A DNA stretch of 64,000 bases from Flavobacteriales bacterium (GCA_040377305.1 JBEIPA010000014.1:32001-96000), one strand, 5' to 3'. Shown: positions 31,981-43,402, counted from the stretch's first letter. Program-made: numbers and translations. Notes: generated by a model from the sequence alone, not told the origin.

Positions 31981-34302
31981 CTATGGAGTATAGTCCGAGC
32001 CCCACATGTCCGTATCATCAAAACCCGGATCGTAAATTCCTCCCGGAGAATCGTCTTCGTACTTGCTGCAATCGAGATCCATCATCATTTTACGCTTCGG
32101 TTTTTCGAATGCGCCCTTGGAAATCTTGATCGTTTTATCCGCGTAAACACGTTGGAAGAAATACGCCCAGATCGGCAATGCCATACTTGCACCCTGGCCT
32201 TCACTCGTGTTGTCGAAGTGAACGCTACGGTCTTCGCCACCAACCCACGCACCGGCTACTAGCTCTGGTGTAATTCCCATGAACCAACCATCCGAGTTGT
32301 TCTGCGTGGTTCCGGTTTTACCTGCGATAGCCGTGTTGAGATTGTATTTGTAACGCAAACGAACACCTGTTCCGGAGGACACAACGCCTTCCATCAGATT
32401 GACCATGAGGAATGCCTTTTCCTCGCTGAGCACTTCCTTCGATTCCGGAATAAATTCTTCGAGCACTTTGCCGTTACGATCTTCAATGCGCGTGATGAAT
32501 GTTGGTTCAATCCACGTGCCTTTGTTCGCGAATGTACTGTACGCGCCAGTCATTTCGTAAAGAGAAATGTCTGCGCTGCCGAGACACAGCGATGGAACAG
32601 GATCAAGCGGACTTGTGATGCCAACGTTTCTTGAAAACTCAACCACGGCAGCAGGACCGAATTGCTTCATGATGTACGCTGTAATGTAGTTCACGGAATT
32701 CGCCAATGCTTTTTTCAGTGTGAGCATTTGTCCGTTCATCTTGTTGTCGGAATTTTCCGGACACCATTCCACATCTGTTTCAGTTGTGATACAGGTTTTC
32801 ACATTCGGAATCTGATCGCATGGCGACCACCCTTCCTGAATTGCGAGCGCGTATACAAACGGCTTGAACGTAGAACCAACCTGACGGCGGCTTTCTTTTA
32901 CGTGATCGTATTTGAAGTGGTGAAAATCAATTCCGCCAACCCAGGCACGTATGTAACCGGTTTGTGGTTCCATGGCCATGAATCCCGCCTGCAAAAATCC
33001 TTTGTAATAGCGAATAGAATCCAACGGCGACATCACCGTGTCTATTTCACCTTTCCAGGAGAAGACAGACATTTCCACAGGTGTTACGAATGCGGTATCG
33101 ATTTCCTCTTCGGTTGCACCATCCGCTTCCATGTGCTTGTACCGATCAGAACGTTTCTTCGCGGAGTTCATGATGTTCGTTATCTCATCCTGCTTCACCT
33201 GCCAACTGAACGGACGATTCTTCTTCTTCTCCAGCGATTTGTCGAACTGCGCCTGCAAGTCAGTCATGTGTTGTGTTGTAGCTTCTTCCGCATATTGCTG
33301 CATGCGCGAATCGATTGTGGTGTAAATCTTCAATCCATCGCGATACATATCGTATGGCTTTCCGTTTGGCTTGAGATGTTCTGCGCACCATTTCTTCAGG
33401 TAATTGTCGCGCAGATACTCCCGGAAATACATTGCCAATCCTTCGTTGTGTGTTTCCGGATTGAAGTCAATCTCTAATGGGATTTCTTTGATAGAATCGT
33501 ATTGTGCCTGCGAGAGAAACCCATTCTTCTTCATCTGAGAAAGAACTATGTTTCGACGCGTGAGTGCATTCTCCGGAAAACGAATTGGATTCCAGCGGGA
33601 AGGATTCTGACACATTCCAACGAGCATGGCAGCTTGTTCTACGGTGAGCGAATCGGCTGTTGCTCCGAAATAAACTTTCGAAGAAGATTTGATTCCTACC
33701 GCGTTGTATGTGAAATCGAATTTATTCAGATACAAAGCGAGAATTTCTTCTTTCGTGTACAAACGCTCGAGACGAATGGCGATGATCCACTCTTTCAGTT
33801 TCTGGAACACACGCTCAAAGAATCCTGCTGTTTGAGATTCCTCCTGGTGAAATTGCATTTTCGCAAGCTGCTGTGTAATTGTTGATGCACCACCTCCCTT
33901 GCCCATTTTCACAATTGCACGCACGAGTGAACGAGCATCTATTCCGGAGTGTTCGAAGTAACGTTCATCTTCTGTTGCGATGAGTGCGTTGATTACATCC
34001 GAATCAATTTCATTGTACGCAACGTTTACGCGGTTCTCTGCATAAAAACGTCCGAGCTCTTTTCCATCAGAAGAATACAATACCGTTGCCTGATTACTTT
34101 CCGGATTCTGCAATTCTTCCACATCCGGAAGATCCGCAAACCACGCAATGCCCAGCATCAATCCAACAAAACCAAGAATGGGAGCGAGAAACATAAACCA
34201 GAAAAGGCGCACGATGTATTTCTGCAACTTGCTTTTCTTCTTACCTCCGACCGCTTTTTCCTTCGGTTTATTCTCGGATTTTTCTGGTTTTTCTTCAGCC
34301 AT
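31981..34302 (-). CDS. class A penicillin-binding protein (PBP1A family)
   Basis: ATEDERY and GASTITQQLAK (transglycosylase); STFK, SVN and KTGT (transpeptidase). Confidence 0.95.
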   Translation of the reverse strand: MAEEKPEKSENKPKEKAVGGKKKSKLQKYIVRLFWFMFLAPILGFVGLMLGIAWFADLPDVEELQNPESNQATVLYSSDGKELGRFYAENRVNVAYNEIDSDVINALIATEDERYFEHSGIDARSLVRAIVKMGKGGGASTITQQLAKMQFHQEESQTAGFFERVFQKLKEWIIAIRLERLYTKEEILALYLNKFDFTYNAVGIKSSSKVYFGATADSLTVEQAAMLVGMCQNPSRWNPIRFPENALTRRNIVLSQMKKNGFLSQAQYDSIKEIPLEIDFNPETHNEGLAMYFREYLRDNYLKKWCAEHLKPNGKPYDMYRDGLKIYTTIDSRMQQYAEEATTQHMTDLQAQFDKSLEKKKNRPFSWQVKQDEITNIMNSAKKRSDRYKHMEADGATEEEIDTAFVTPVEMSVFSWKGEIDTVMSPLDSIRYYKGFLQAGFMAMEPQTGYIRAWVGGIDFHHFKYDHVKESRRQVGSTFKPFVYALAIQEGWSPCDQIPNVKTCITTETDVEWCPENSDNKMNGQMLTLKKALANSVNYITAYIMKQFGPAAVVEFSRNVGITSPLDPVPSLCLGSADISLYEMTGAYSTFANKGTWIEPTFITRIEDRNGKVLEEFIPESKEVLSEEKAFLMVNLMEGVVSSGTGVRLRYKYNLNTAIAGKTGTTQNNSDGWFMGITPELVAGAWVGGEDRSVHFDNTSEGQGASMALPIWAYFFQRVYADKTIKISKGAFEKPKRKMMMDLDCSKYEDDSPGGIYDPGFDDTDMWGSDYTP

Positions 34303-34410
34303 AGAGCGAAATTACGGAAAATAGGACACCATAGCCGCTACGGGAATAACTGTTAAGAGTGTTTGAATAAGTGTTATTGGATATGTTGGATTTCCCTAAC
34401 TTAACAGTGT

Positions 34411-35349
34411 ATGTTGCTTCGAGTCGCCTTCATCGTCGTTTGCTTGTCGTGCACACAGCTTCACGCACAAAGAACAATAACCGCATCAGACGGGTCTCAA
34501 TTCGTTATTGAATATTATCTCCAAGGCGATAGCTTATTCAAGCTAGGTCAGTACGATAAATCAATTGAAGCTTTTCGAAAAGAATATGCTATTTCAGCAA
34601 TGTTTACGTCGTATAATCTCGCATGTGCGTTTGCCAAGGCTAATGAACCAGATTCGGCTTTCAAGTATCTCTTTGAGGACTTAAAATTTGATAGTTCTAA
34701 GTATCCTTTAACGAATCCTGATTTTATCGGTTTACGAGGCGATAAGCGCTGGACCGAAGTTGTGAGCATTTCAACGAACAGTATAGCTGCATCAACTCCT
34801 AATGGAATCCCCGATTTACCCTTGGCGGTTAAGTTGTGGGATATGAGTGCTTGGGACCAGGCATATTATCATGAGATATTTATTGCCGAAGCCGAACTGG
34901 GAAAAAAATCCTCACGATGTGATTCACTCTGGAAGATGAAAGAAACAGTCAATATAGAGAATCAGCGCTTGTTGGATTCTATCATTACTGTAAAAGGTTG
35001 GCCGAAAAACTCACAGGTTGGAGACTATGCTGCGTCGGCAGCTTTTCTGATTATACAGCACTCTACTGAGGAGAAACAAAAAAAATATCTACCCATTATT
35101 AAAGACTTATGCGAGATCAAGGAAGCTTCATGGGAGTCTTATGCACTGATGTATGATCGGATTCAATTTCATGAAGGTAAACCTCAGCTATATGGTACGC
35201 AGATCATTTCTGATGAAGAAACTCATCAGATGAAATTCTACCCGATCGAAGACGAAGCGAATGTCAACAAACGCAGAGCAGAATTCGGGATGATGCCAAT
35301 TGAAACTTATGCGGAAATGATGGGTGTAAAATACACTCCGAAAAAGTAG
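34411..35349 (+). CDS. secreted TPR + DUF6624-like protein
   Basis: YNLACA, GWPK.SQVG...AFLIIQH and YDR...GKPQLYGTQ motifs. Confidence 0.75.
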   Translation: MLLRVAFIVVCLSCTQLHAQRTITASDGSQFVIEYYLQGDSLFKLGQYDKSIEAFRKEYAISAMFTSYNLACAFAKANEPDSAFKYLFEDLKFDSSKYPLTNPDFIGLRGDKRWTEVVSISTNSIAASTPNGIPDLPLAVKLWDMSAWDQAYYHEIFIAEAELGKKSSRCDSLWKMKETVNIENQRLLDSIITVKGWPKNSQVGDYAASAAFLIIQHSTEEKQKKYLPIIKDLCEIKEASWESYALMYDRIQFHEGKPQLYGTQIISDEETHQMKFYPIEDEANVNKRRAEFGMMPIETYAEMMGVKYTPKK

Positions 35350-35380
35350 TTTCTATTCTATCCGATTGCGTAAATTTCGC

Positions 35381-35818
35381 ATGATCATGGTCTACAAAAA
35401 GGAACATAAATACTCCTCATTTGTGATGCGCAACTTAAAAGATGCGTGGCCTGTGTTGCTGCTCGCATGCATACCGTTCGTAATCTGGCGCGACTTTCAT
35501 TTCGGCGTGTTCGCTTTTGCTCTGGTGATTATCGGAATCGGAATTGTGCACAACGAAAGACGACAGCGCTATTTCGTGGAGGAAATTACCGTTGAAGGAA
35601 ATCAGACCACCGTTGTTTACTACAAATACGGAAAACGACACACCATGATTCTGGACAAAAACCCAGTTTCTTCGATCAGAACATTTGATTACAAAGGGTT
35701 CAAATGGCGCGAACCTGTTCTGGAAATTGGAGATGGAAAAACACGTCTGTTGCAGTTTGCTGTGAGTGGCTGGACGCCTGAGGACTTTCAGAATTTAAGC
35801 GCTGAGTTCGCAGCTTAG
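35381..35818 (+). CDS. hypothetical membrane protein
   Basis: Two TM helices; start uncertain. Confidence 0.6.
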   Translation: MIMVYKKEHKYSSFVMRNLKDAWPVLLLACIPFVIWRDFHFGVFAFALVIIGIGIVHNERRQRYFVEEITVEGNQTTVVYYKYGKRHTMILDKNPVSSIRTFDYKGFKWREPVLEIGDGKTRLLQFAVSGWTPEDFQNLSAEFAA

Positions 35819-35820
35819 AA

Positions 35821-36768
35821 TCACTTCAAAAGTTTCGACATCACTCTTCCTGTCGCTGTTGGCATTGGGAAACTCATGAGCGTGCTTGTTGTTTTTGCAA
35901 TGTCGCACAGCACGTATGATTCGTCGCAGGAATAATTCTCTTTGAAGTCAGGGCCCATTGCGAGAAGCATAATGTGTTTGCAACCTTCGCAATTGTCGCC
36001 GTGGCTTACAAACCCATCGAGGTGACCATCGTCGTGGCGACCATGATCGTTGGTAACGAAAAGCGTTGTGGTTCCTGCGTAGTATGGATCGCTCTGCAGA
36101 TAGTCCCAGATTCGCTGCACGTAAATATCGCCCTGAATAATTCCGTTGAGGTAGCCGGGCCAGTTGTTCGAGTGTGCATATGCATCGGGATCTTTGAAGT
36201 TAACGAGCATAAGATCGGGTTGATGCATTGTCAGAATACTCAATGTGCGATTGAACGTAATCGAATCATCGCGATAACCAGTGAAGGGTCCATTCACACC
36301 ACAGTCGTAAGAAGCGATGAACTGATTGTCGTAAGAAGAATCAGCAGCGTTGTCGCAATTCGCAAGCACGAACAATTTGTCTTTACTCGATACAACCCAG
36401 CATTTTGCTTGCGGTGCGCCCGTAGCCTGTCGCCAATACTGGAAAATGCTTGGATACGTTGGATACTGATAACCGCTGTTGTTGATGAACTCATCGACAC
36501 CCGTTGTCATTGCACAGTGTCCACCATTCGTAAAAGTGAAAGAGGGATTGTGAAAGTTCGTGCATACGCTTCCGCTCAGGCTCATCTGTGCCATGTTTGG
36601 AATGTACGTGAGTTCCCCGTTGCCAAATGTTTCCTGGTACCGCGCACCATCTAGAACGACGATGATGACGTGTTTGGTTTTGTAAGGAGGAATTTCCGGG
36701 TCCTTCTTACACATGGAACACAGCACAAAAATTGCTGCGGCGAGAAAAATAGAATGGAGTGGTTTCAC
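35821..36768 (-). CDS. alkaline-phosphatase-superfamily metalloenzyme
   Basis: VLDGAR, DAYAH and TNDHGRH motifs. Confidence 0.8.
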   Translation of the reverse strand: MKPLHSIFLAAAIFVLCSMCKKDPEIPPYKTKHVIIVVLDGARYQETFGNGELTYIPNMAQMSLSGSVCTNFHNPSFTFTNGGHCAMTTGVDEFINNSGYQYPTYPSIFQYWRQATGAPQAKCWVVSSKDKLFVLANCDNAADSSYDNQFIASYDCGVNGPFTGYRDDSITFNRTLSILTMHQPDLMLVNFKDPDAYAHSNNWPGYLNGIIQGDIYVQRIWDYLQSDPYYAGTTTLFVTNDHGRHDDGHLDGFVSHGDNCEGCKHIMLLAMGPDFKENYSCDESYVLCDIAKTTSTLMSFPMPTATGRVMSKLLK

Positions 36769-36952
36769 GTGACACTAAGTTAACTATTCCGCTACGGAAA
36801 CAGAGTAGCTAACGACGAAATGCGGTCAATGTGCTCGGTTTTGTGAGAACCAAGATTATTCTCGGTGCGTGAGAGACGATATTGTAGCTTTATTTTGCCG
36901 CAGATTCGCAGATTGCGCAGATTGTATTCAACCGAGCACTGAGAACCGAGCA

Positions 36953-37420
36953 CTATTCAACCGAACGTTCAATCCGAATCCCAACGTCCTTCACTCCAGG
37001 AAGTTTTTCCATGCGCATGGCTTGCTCAATTTCCATGTGATATTTTCCAGCAACAGGGAAGCGAACGTTTTTGCGGAAGATGAGTTGACAATCGTGAATG
37101 TCTCCCTGACCATTGCCGATCCATGAGCCGTCTGGATTTGTCAGAGGCAATTCGATGGTGTCGGTTCCGGTTTTGCCGTTGGGAAATGTAATGTGCGAGA
37201 ACACGTACAAATTGCTGAACGGGTAATCGTCGGTATTGCGCACGTTGAAGTAGAAATTGTAGAAGGTGGTTGTATCGGGAACATCGAAATCGAAAACAAC
37301 GCGTTCGCTGATGTCCCAATCGCCACCGGGAATTTCCTGGTTCTCTTCGAACATGCGGGTGTCATCGCAAGAAGTAAATGCGAGACAAACAATAACGAGA
37401 AGCGAAAGAAAATACTTCAT
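36953..37420 (-). CDS. gldH: gliding motility lipoprotein GldH
   Basis: Lipobox; RNTDDYPFSNLY, G.WIG.G and EQAMR...GV.DVGIRIE motifs. Confidence 0.9.
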   Translation of the reverse strand: MKYFLSLLVIVCLAFTSCDDTRMFEENQEIPGGDWDISERVVFDFDVPDTTTFYNFYFNVRNTDDYPFSNLYVFSHITFPNGKTGTDTIELPLTNPDGSWIGNGQGDIHDCQLIFRKNVRFPVAGKYHMEIEQAMRMEKLPGVKDVGIRIERSVE

Positions 37421-37423
37421 GCT

Positions 37424-38911
37424 CTATTGAGACGGAGGACTTGGCGGATTATTGTTCCCACCCGGTTTTGGACCACGATTTTGATTGCGGTTCTGATTAT
37501 TCGGATTGCGCTGATTCGGATTCAGTCCGCTTCTATTTTGCGGAGGACGATTCTGATTCGGCGGCTTCGGTCCTTGCTGCGGAGGTCTATTCGGATTTGG
37601 TCCTTGCGGCTTAGGAGTTTGCGGTCCTTTATTTTGCGGTGGACGATTCTGCTGAGGCTTTGGTCCTTGCTGTCTCGGTCCTTGCTGTTGTGGAGGACGC
37701 GGATTAGGTCCTTGCGGTCTATTCTGCTGCGCACCTTGTGGATTGTTCTCGCCACCAGGTCCTCTGCCCTTGCCCTTTTTCCTTTTCTTGTTGCCAGTCT
37801 TCTGCTTGTCAAAACGCGTCAGAGAATCTTGTCCCACGACGTTTTCAAAATCAGGAGCTTTCACTGCTACTTTTTCTTCTTTCACTTTCTCGATAAGAAC
37901 ATCCGCTTTTTCACCACGCTTATTCATCTCAATCAATTCCTTCGCGCGAAAATTCGGAACCGCAATAAACTGGTCCGGCTCATCGAAGAACGTGTAATAC
38001 ATCACGCCTTTGAAAATATCTGTCTTCTGGTGACGTGCTCTTCCGCGAGTAGTTTCAATGTCGGTTGCTTCCGGAAAATCTTTCAGCGCATCGAGATACG
38101 AATCGAGTTCGTAATTCAGACAGCACTTTAATTTTCCGCACTGACCGGCAAGCTTCAACGGGTTCAACGAAAGCTGCTGATATCGCGCAGCACTCGTAGT
38201 CACTGAACGGAAATCAGTAAGCCATGTACTGCAACACAATTCACGTCCACAAGAACCAATTCCTCCCAGACGGGCTGCTTCCTGTCGCGCACCGATCTGA
38301 CGCATTTCAATCCGCACCCGGAAATCGTCCGCCATTACTTTGATGAGCTCACGGAAATCAACGCGGTCCTCAGCAGTGTAATAGAAAATTGCCTTCGTCT
38401 TATCGCCTTGATATTCTACGTCACCAATTTTCATTTGCAATCCGAGTCGAATCGCAAACTCACGTGCTTTCACAAGAGTTGCTTTCTCGTGCGACTGCGC
38501 TTCCATCCACTTGTCAATATCGTTTTGCTTCGCCTTGCGATATACTTTCTTCATCGCAGGATCGGCAGCATTTACGTTCTTACGCTTGAGTTGATTCTTC
38601 ACAAGCTCTCCCGAAAGTGAAACTGTACCGATATCGTGACCGGGTGATGATTCAACCGCAATCACATCGCCCATTGCCAAAGGCAGATCATTCACGTTGC
38701 GGAAAAATTCCTTGCGATTGTTTTTGAAACGAACCTCAACAACATCGAATGGTTTTTGTCCGGGCGGCAACGACATATCCGACAACCAGTCGAACACGTT
38801 CATCTTGTTACATCCGCCTGTACTGCATGACGTAGCCGCACCACCTTCTCCGGTTTTACCCGAAGTTGCAGTGCTGCATCCTCTTCCGCTTGAACATCCT
38901 CCACAGGCCAT
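37424..38911 (-). CDS. PSP1 / RicT (YaaT-like) protein with P/Q/N-rich tail
   Basis: RVDFRELIK, GSCGRELCC and GQCGKLKCCLNYE motifs; holB-PSP1-gldH gene order. Confidence 0.9.
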   Translation of the reverse strand: MACGGCSSGRGCSTATSGKTGEGGAATSCSTGGCNKMNVFDWLSDMSLPPGQKPFDVVEVRFKNNRKEFFRNVNDLPLAMGDVIAVESSPGHDIGTVSLSGELVKNQLKRKNVNAADPAMKKVYRKAKQNDIDKWMEAQSHEKATLVKAREFAIRLGLQMKIGDVEYQGDKTKAIFYYTAEDRVDFRELIKVMADDFRVRIEMRQIGARQEAARLGGIGSCGRELCCSTWLTDFRSVTTSAARYQQLSLNPLKLAGQCGKLKCCLNYELDSYLDALKDFPEATDIETTRGRARHQKTDIFKGVMYYTFFDEPDQFIAVPNFRAKELIEMNKRGEKADVLIEKVKEEKVAVKAPDFENVVGQDSLTRFDKQKTGNKKRKKGKGRGPGGENNPQGAQQNRPQGPNPRPPQQQGPRQQGPKPQQNRPPQNKGPQTPKPQGPNPNRPPQQGPKPPNQNRPPQNRSGLNPNQRNPNNQNRNQNRGPKPGGNNNPPSPPSQ

Positions 38912-39075
38912 AGGTCATTTTTTGAATGAACACAAATATACGGTCAGACGAGGGACTGGAAACGGGCATCTTGAGAATCTACTATCGAAATTGGGCGAAT
39001 TTTAACGAATTGAATGTGGATAAGTAGTTGGTTAGATCCGCGACCATCCGCTTGATCCGCTAAATCCGCGTTCCA

Positions 39076-40218
39076 TTACACCGATGCCTTATCGGGATTT
39101 GGCACATTCAGCTGCTCATTCGCCTTGAACGAAAGATCCATGAACACAATTCTTGCACTGCCGTTTCTTTCGATATGCTGCAGCGCAAGATTGATTTCGT
39201 TCATGAACTTGTAAGCATTTGCAGCATGAACGAACGGAGCGAATTTTGTGACGAATGCTTTCTCATCGCCGGCAATCCGTACGAGCGACTGATCTGCATA
39301 ATTCACGAGCAGGCTTTCGCGAATCATTTCGAGTGCGTACGCCAGAAATTGTTTTTGCCGCTCACGGCCCGCAGTTGCAAATTCATCTACTGCTTCCATG
39401 AGCACAGGCATGTTGAATTTCAGACATCCGCGCATCCATTTCTGGAATACCTGCAGATTGAAAACTGCTTGTTCGTCGGTGGTTACCAATTGCGATGCCG
39501 CAGCAAAACTTCCGTCGGCCTGAAATGTAATTCGTGTGGCGTCTGTATCACTCAATGAAAAGCGAACCTTGAGTGCAGCGTGTATATCATCATCATTGAG
39601 TCGCGACAATTTCACAAGTTGTGTGCGCGAAACAATGGTTCGAAGCAATTGATCTTCTGCTTCAGTGACGAGGAGGAACAACGTTTTATCCGGTGGCTCT
39701 TCGAGAATTTTCAGAAGCTTGTTCGCTGCAGTCAGGTTCATCTTCTCTGCCATCCAGATGATCATGATCTTGTATTCCGCTTCGAATGTGGTGAGTGAAA
39801 GTTTCTTCAGAATTTCTCCGCTCTCTTCTGTGCCGATGACTGGCTGCTTGTTCTCTGCTTCGATCTTTCCGAACCAATCGTCGAGTGTGAGATACGGATT
39901 CGCCAAAAACGATTCGCGAAATTCTTTGATCACAACTGTGCTCACACGCATTTCCTTCGATAATGCAATCGGATAAACGAGATGCAAATCGGGATGCACC
40001 AGTTTGTCGTGTTTCTGGCAGCTCGGGCAACTTCCGCAAGAATCATTCTCCCCGCGATTCGTGCAATGCACATAACGTGCGTAAGCAAACGCCATAGGTA
40101 ACGTTCCACAGCCGTCCGGACCGAAAAACAATTGCGCGTGAGAAATGCGATTGTCGCGCACGCTATTGACGAGTCGTTCTTTAATTGGGTGCTGGCCGAT
40201 GATGTCGCGGAAAAACAT
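39076..40218 (-). CDS. holB: DNA polymerase III delta' subunit
   Basis: SHAQLFFG, C.SC.SC, HPDLH, AANKLLKILEEPP and TIVSR motifs. Confidence 0.92.
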   Translation of the reverse strand: MFFRDIIGQHPIKERLVNSVRDNRISHAQLFFGPDGCGTLPMAFAYARYVHCTNRGENDSCGSCPSCQKHDKLVHPDLHLVYPIALSKEMRVSTVVIKEFRESFLANPYLTLDDWFGKIEAENKQPVIGTEESGEILKKLSLTTFEAEYKIMIIWMAEKMNLTAANKLLKILEEPPDKTLFLLVTEAEDQLLRTIVSRTQLVKLSRLNDDDIHAALKVRFSLSDTDATRITFQADGSFAAASQLVTTDEQAVFNLQVFQKWMRGCLKFNMPVLMEAVDEFATAGRERQKQFLAYALEMIRESLLVNYADQSLVRIAGDEKAFVTKFAPFVHAANAYKFMNEINLALQHIERNGSARIVFMDLSFKANEQLNVPNPDKASV

Positions 40219-40317
40219 GGGGCAAAAGTAGGGATTAAGGGATTAGGGAATTTGGGAATCGGGCGCGCTGAAAAAATAAAAGGGATTCAGCCTGCGCCAA
40301 ATTCCCAATTCCTATTA

Positions 40318-40779
40318 CTACGTTGACGTCTTGAACGCGTGCACAATTCCAACGATGTGCAATCCGAGCAATGCGATACCCGCGAGAATAAATGCTGGAG
40401 CAACTTCATCGAATGAAATGTTGTCAGGTGAAGTCATTGGGAGCAATGACCACAAAAGGAACAATCCGGAAAGTGAAAGTCCGATAATGGAAATCACTTT
40501 CATGGTTTTGGTCTTGATCTTCATGAGCGCAAGCACAAATGCTCCTACAGACATTAGCATGTACAGCACGCTCACAATTCCGCCCATGCGAGTTGAATCG
40601 TTTGCTTCCTCCTCGTAGAAAGAAGAGCCGTCGTAATCGTAACTGTAATCATTGTTGTAGTAATCGTTACTATCAAAATAAGCCCATCTTGCGTCTCGTA
40701 CTTCCTTTGCAATGCCAATACAGGCAACAATGTAGACCAGCGATAAAACACAGGCAGTGATAAAAAATGCGCGCATCAT
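40318..40779 (-). CDS. hypothetical membrane protein
   Basis: Four TM helices with a Y/D-rich loop. Confidence 0.7.
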   Translation of the reverse strand: MMRAFFITACVLSLVYIVACIGIAKEVRDARWAYFDSNDYYNNDYSYDYDGSSFYEEEANDSTRMGGIVSVLYMLMSVGAFVLALMKIKTKTMKVISIIGLSLSGLFLLWSLLPMTSPDNISFDEVAPAFILAGIALLGLHIVGIVHAFKTST

Positions 40780-40858
40780 AGGAGCATGGGTTTTCGTGTT
40801 CGACTAAGATAATCCAGTGGACAATTACCGTGCATTGCACCGGGAAGTATTTTTCTCC

Positions 40859-41506
40859 TTAGTGCATTATTTCGACTTGTTCAACGAAAATCCGTCCTTC
40901 TGAGTCGATAACACGACAGAAGTAGACTCCATCTGAGATAGATCCCGTAGAAATTTCGCTCGTGGATGTCATTGGAACACTTGTCATAACGACTTCTCCG
41001 ATCATGTTTACAATTTCAACCCGCACAATTGTACCCGCAGAAATTTGTACCGATAAGTTCTCTGAAGCAGGATTCGGAAATACGCGCGCATATATTTCAG
41101 GCAATGCCGGAATGTCGAGAACGGTTGAGACCTGAAACTGTAGAGTATCTTCATCATCAGCTTGAAAGCCCGGAGTGCAGTTTGGTATGCCGTAACCCGA
41201 ACTCAAGGTGAAGTACACGGTATAGTTGCCCGCGGTGAGTGGTGGAAACACCAAGGTATCTACGTCGTTACAGATAAACATAGCGGCGCCCATGCAATGC
41301 AGTGTGCTTCCGTAAATACTGTTTCCTACTACGGAGCCATAAGCTACGCCTGCGCAATTGCCTTGCGGAAATGTGAGATAAGCGTAGATGCGCACGGTGT
41401 CATTAGCATCTGGCATAGCAGGTGAAACTACCAGAGAATCGATCCACTGGGCCTTTGCGGCGAATGAGAACAATAAAATTGCGCTGAGTGTAAATAATTT
41501 TTTGAT
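40859..41506 (-). CDS. T9SS type A sorting domain protein; start codon uncertain (ATC at 41506)
   Basis: Signal peptide KKLFTLSAILLFSFAAKA and VFPNPA...GVYFCRV C-terminal domain. Confidence 0.75.
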   Translation of the reverse strand: MKKLFTLSAILLFSFAAKAQWIDSLVVSPAMPDANDTVRIYAYLTFPQGNCAGVAYGSVVGNSIYGSTLHCMGAAMFICNDVDTLVFPPLTAGNYTVYFTLSSGYGIPNCTPGFQADDEDTLQFQVSTVLDIPALPEIYARVFPNPASENLSVQISAGTIVRVEIVNMIGEVVMTSVPMTSTSEISTGSISDGVYFCRVIDSEGRIFVEQVEIMH

Positions 41507-41674
41507 GGGTTTTAAGTTTGCTGCTGCGAAGTTACCTCCAATTGACACGCAGCGCAATAGGCAATGGGCAATAGGGCATTGCGACGATGGGGATAGACAT
41601 TCGTCACTTCCTTACCTCGATGCCCTATTGCCTTAATGCCTAATACTTATCTTTGCGTCCGAATAAATTTTCCT

Positions 41675-42868
41675 ATGAAAACTGTTGACCAACTCAATTT
41701 CTCAGGCAAAAAAGCCCTCATCCGTGTCGATTTCAATGTGCCGCTTGATGCCGCCTTTGCAATTACAGATGATACGCGCATGCGTGCCGCAATTCCCACA
41801 ATCAGGAAAATTCTTGCTGATGGTGGCGCCTGCATTTTGATGTCGCATCTTGGCCGACCGAAAGAAGGACCGGCAGAGAAATTTTCTCTGAAGCATCTGG
41901 TGAGTCACTTGTCGACCTTGCTTGGTGGAACAAAAGTTCATTTCGCGACGGACTGCATTGGTACACCTGCACAGGATGCAGCGAAGAATTTGCAGATGGG
42001 AGAAGTTTTGTTGCTGGAAAATCTGCGCTTCCATAAGCAGGAAGAAAAAGGTGATGAAACATTTGCACAGGAATTATCGAAGCTTGGTGATGTGTATGTG
42101 AATGATGCTTTCGGAACCGCGCACCGTGCACATGCTTCCACTGCAGTGATCGCAAAATTCTTCGCCGGGAATAAGTGTTTTGGCTATGTCATGAACGGAG
42201 AAATTGCGAGCGTGAATAAAGTTCTCAATGGTGCTTCAAAACCATTTACCGCAATTATGGGCGGAGCAAAAGTTTCTGATAAAATTCTCATTCTCGAACA
42301 GCTCATTAAGAAAGCGGATAACATCATCATTGGTGGCGGAATGGCTTTCACATTCGTCAAAGCACAAGGCGGAAACATCGGAAACTCATTGGTAGAAGAA
42401 GATCGTTTGCCGAATGCCTTGAAAATTCTGGAAGAGGCGAAAAAGCTAGGCGTAAATATTTACATTCCCGTAGATGCGATTTGTGCTGACAAATTCGATA
42501 ACGCTGCCAATAAAATGACCTGCGATGTGAAATCGATCGGAGAAGGCTGGATGGGTCTCGACATTGGTCCGGAAACAGAAAAGCTGTATGCTGATGCTAT
42601 CGCGAAATCGAAAACTATTTTGTGGAATGGTCCGATGGGTGTTTTCGAAATGGAAAACTTTGCACACGGAACAAAATCTGTTGCCGATGCAATTGTTACC
42701 GCTACTGCGAACGGTGCTTTCTCGCTGATCGGCGGTGGCGATTCGGTTGCTGCGATCAATAAATACAATCTTGCCGATAAAGTGAGCTATGTTTCAACTG
42801 GTGGCGGTGCATTACTCGAATACATCGAGGCCGGAACTCTTCCAGGTGTAGAAGCAGTAAATAATTAG
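41675..42868 (+). CDS. pgk: phosphoglycerate kinase
   Basis: [28 protein letters not shown] and STGGGA motifs. Confidence 0.97.
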   Translation: MKTVDQLNFSGKKALIRVDFNVPLDAAFAITDDTRMRAAIPTIRKILADGGACILMSHLGRPKEGPAEKFSLKHLVSHLSTLLGGTKVHFATDCIGTPAQDAAKNLQMGEVLLLENLRFHKQEEKGDETFAQELSKLGDVYVNDAFGTAHRAHASTAVIAKFFAGNKCFGYVMNGEIASVNKVLNGASKPFTAIMGGAKVSDKILILEQLIKKADNIIIGGGMAFTFVKAQGGNIGNSLVEEDRLPNALKILEEAKKLGVNIYIPVDAICADKFDNAANKMTCDVKSIGEGWMGLDIGPETEKLYADAIAKSKTILWNGPMGVFEMENFAHGTKSVADAIVTATANGAFSLIGGGDSVAAINKYNLADKVSYVSTGGGALLEYIEAGTLPGVEAVNN

Positions 42869-42883
42869 TAATTCGGATTGATC

Positions 42884-43402
42884 ATGAAACGAATTCTCGC
42901 TTGTTTGACTTTCGTCGTTTTGCTTGCCGCTGGTTGCATGAGTGGTGGCTGGCGCGTCGTAGAAGATGAAGAATTCACGATTGAATTTCCGGGTATTCCT
43001 GTCGATACCGTAACTGCAGTTGGAGAAACGGCCGGAGCAAAAATGTACTTTATTCCTGTCGACGGCGGATTAGATTCAAACGCTTACTACGCAGTTTCCG
43101 TTTACGAACTCAACGATTCCGCAAGCATACTAGGTGATCAACTCGATGATATGCTATTGAAAGATGCCGAGATTTACGCGTGGTCGATGGGCGCATTTCT
43201 CACCGACAGCGGAAGAGTAGTAACGAGCGGAACATACGAAGGACGTGAATACACCATCTTCCTTGCGGAGAATGCAGGCGTGCTGAAGATGAGAAAGTTT
43301 GCGAAAGGAAAAAATCTCTATACCCTCGTTGTGATTACACGGAACGCGTACATGGATAACCGCGATGTGTTTCGCTTTCTGGATTCGTTTAAACTCAAAT
43401 AA
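42884..43402 (+). CDS. putative lipoprotein
   Basis: Lipobox LAAGC. Confidence 0.7.
   Translation: MKRILACLTFVVLLAAGCMSGGWRVVEDEEFTIEFPGIPVDTVTAVGETAGAKMYFIPVDGGLDSNAYYAVSVYELNDSASILGDQLDDMLLKDAEIYAWSMGAFLTDSGRVVTSGTYEGREYTIFLAENAGVLKMRKFAKGKNLYTLVVITRNAYMDNRDVFRFLDSFKLK

Noticed and set aside
37193-38131. 312-aa plus-strand ORF and other long antisense ORFs (e.g. 20536-21579, 32662-33477)
   Set aside because: Shadows of well-supported genes on the opposite strand
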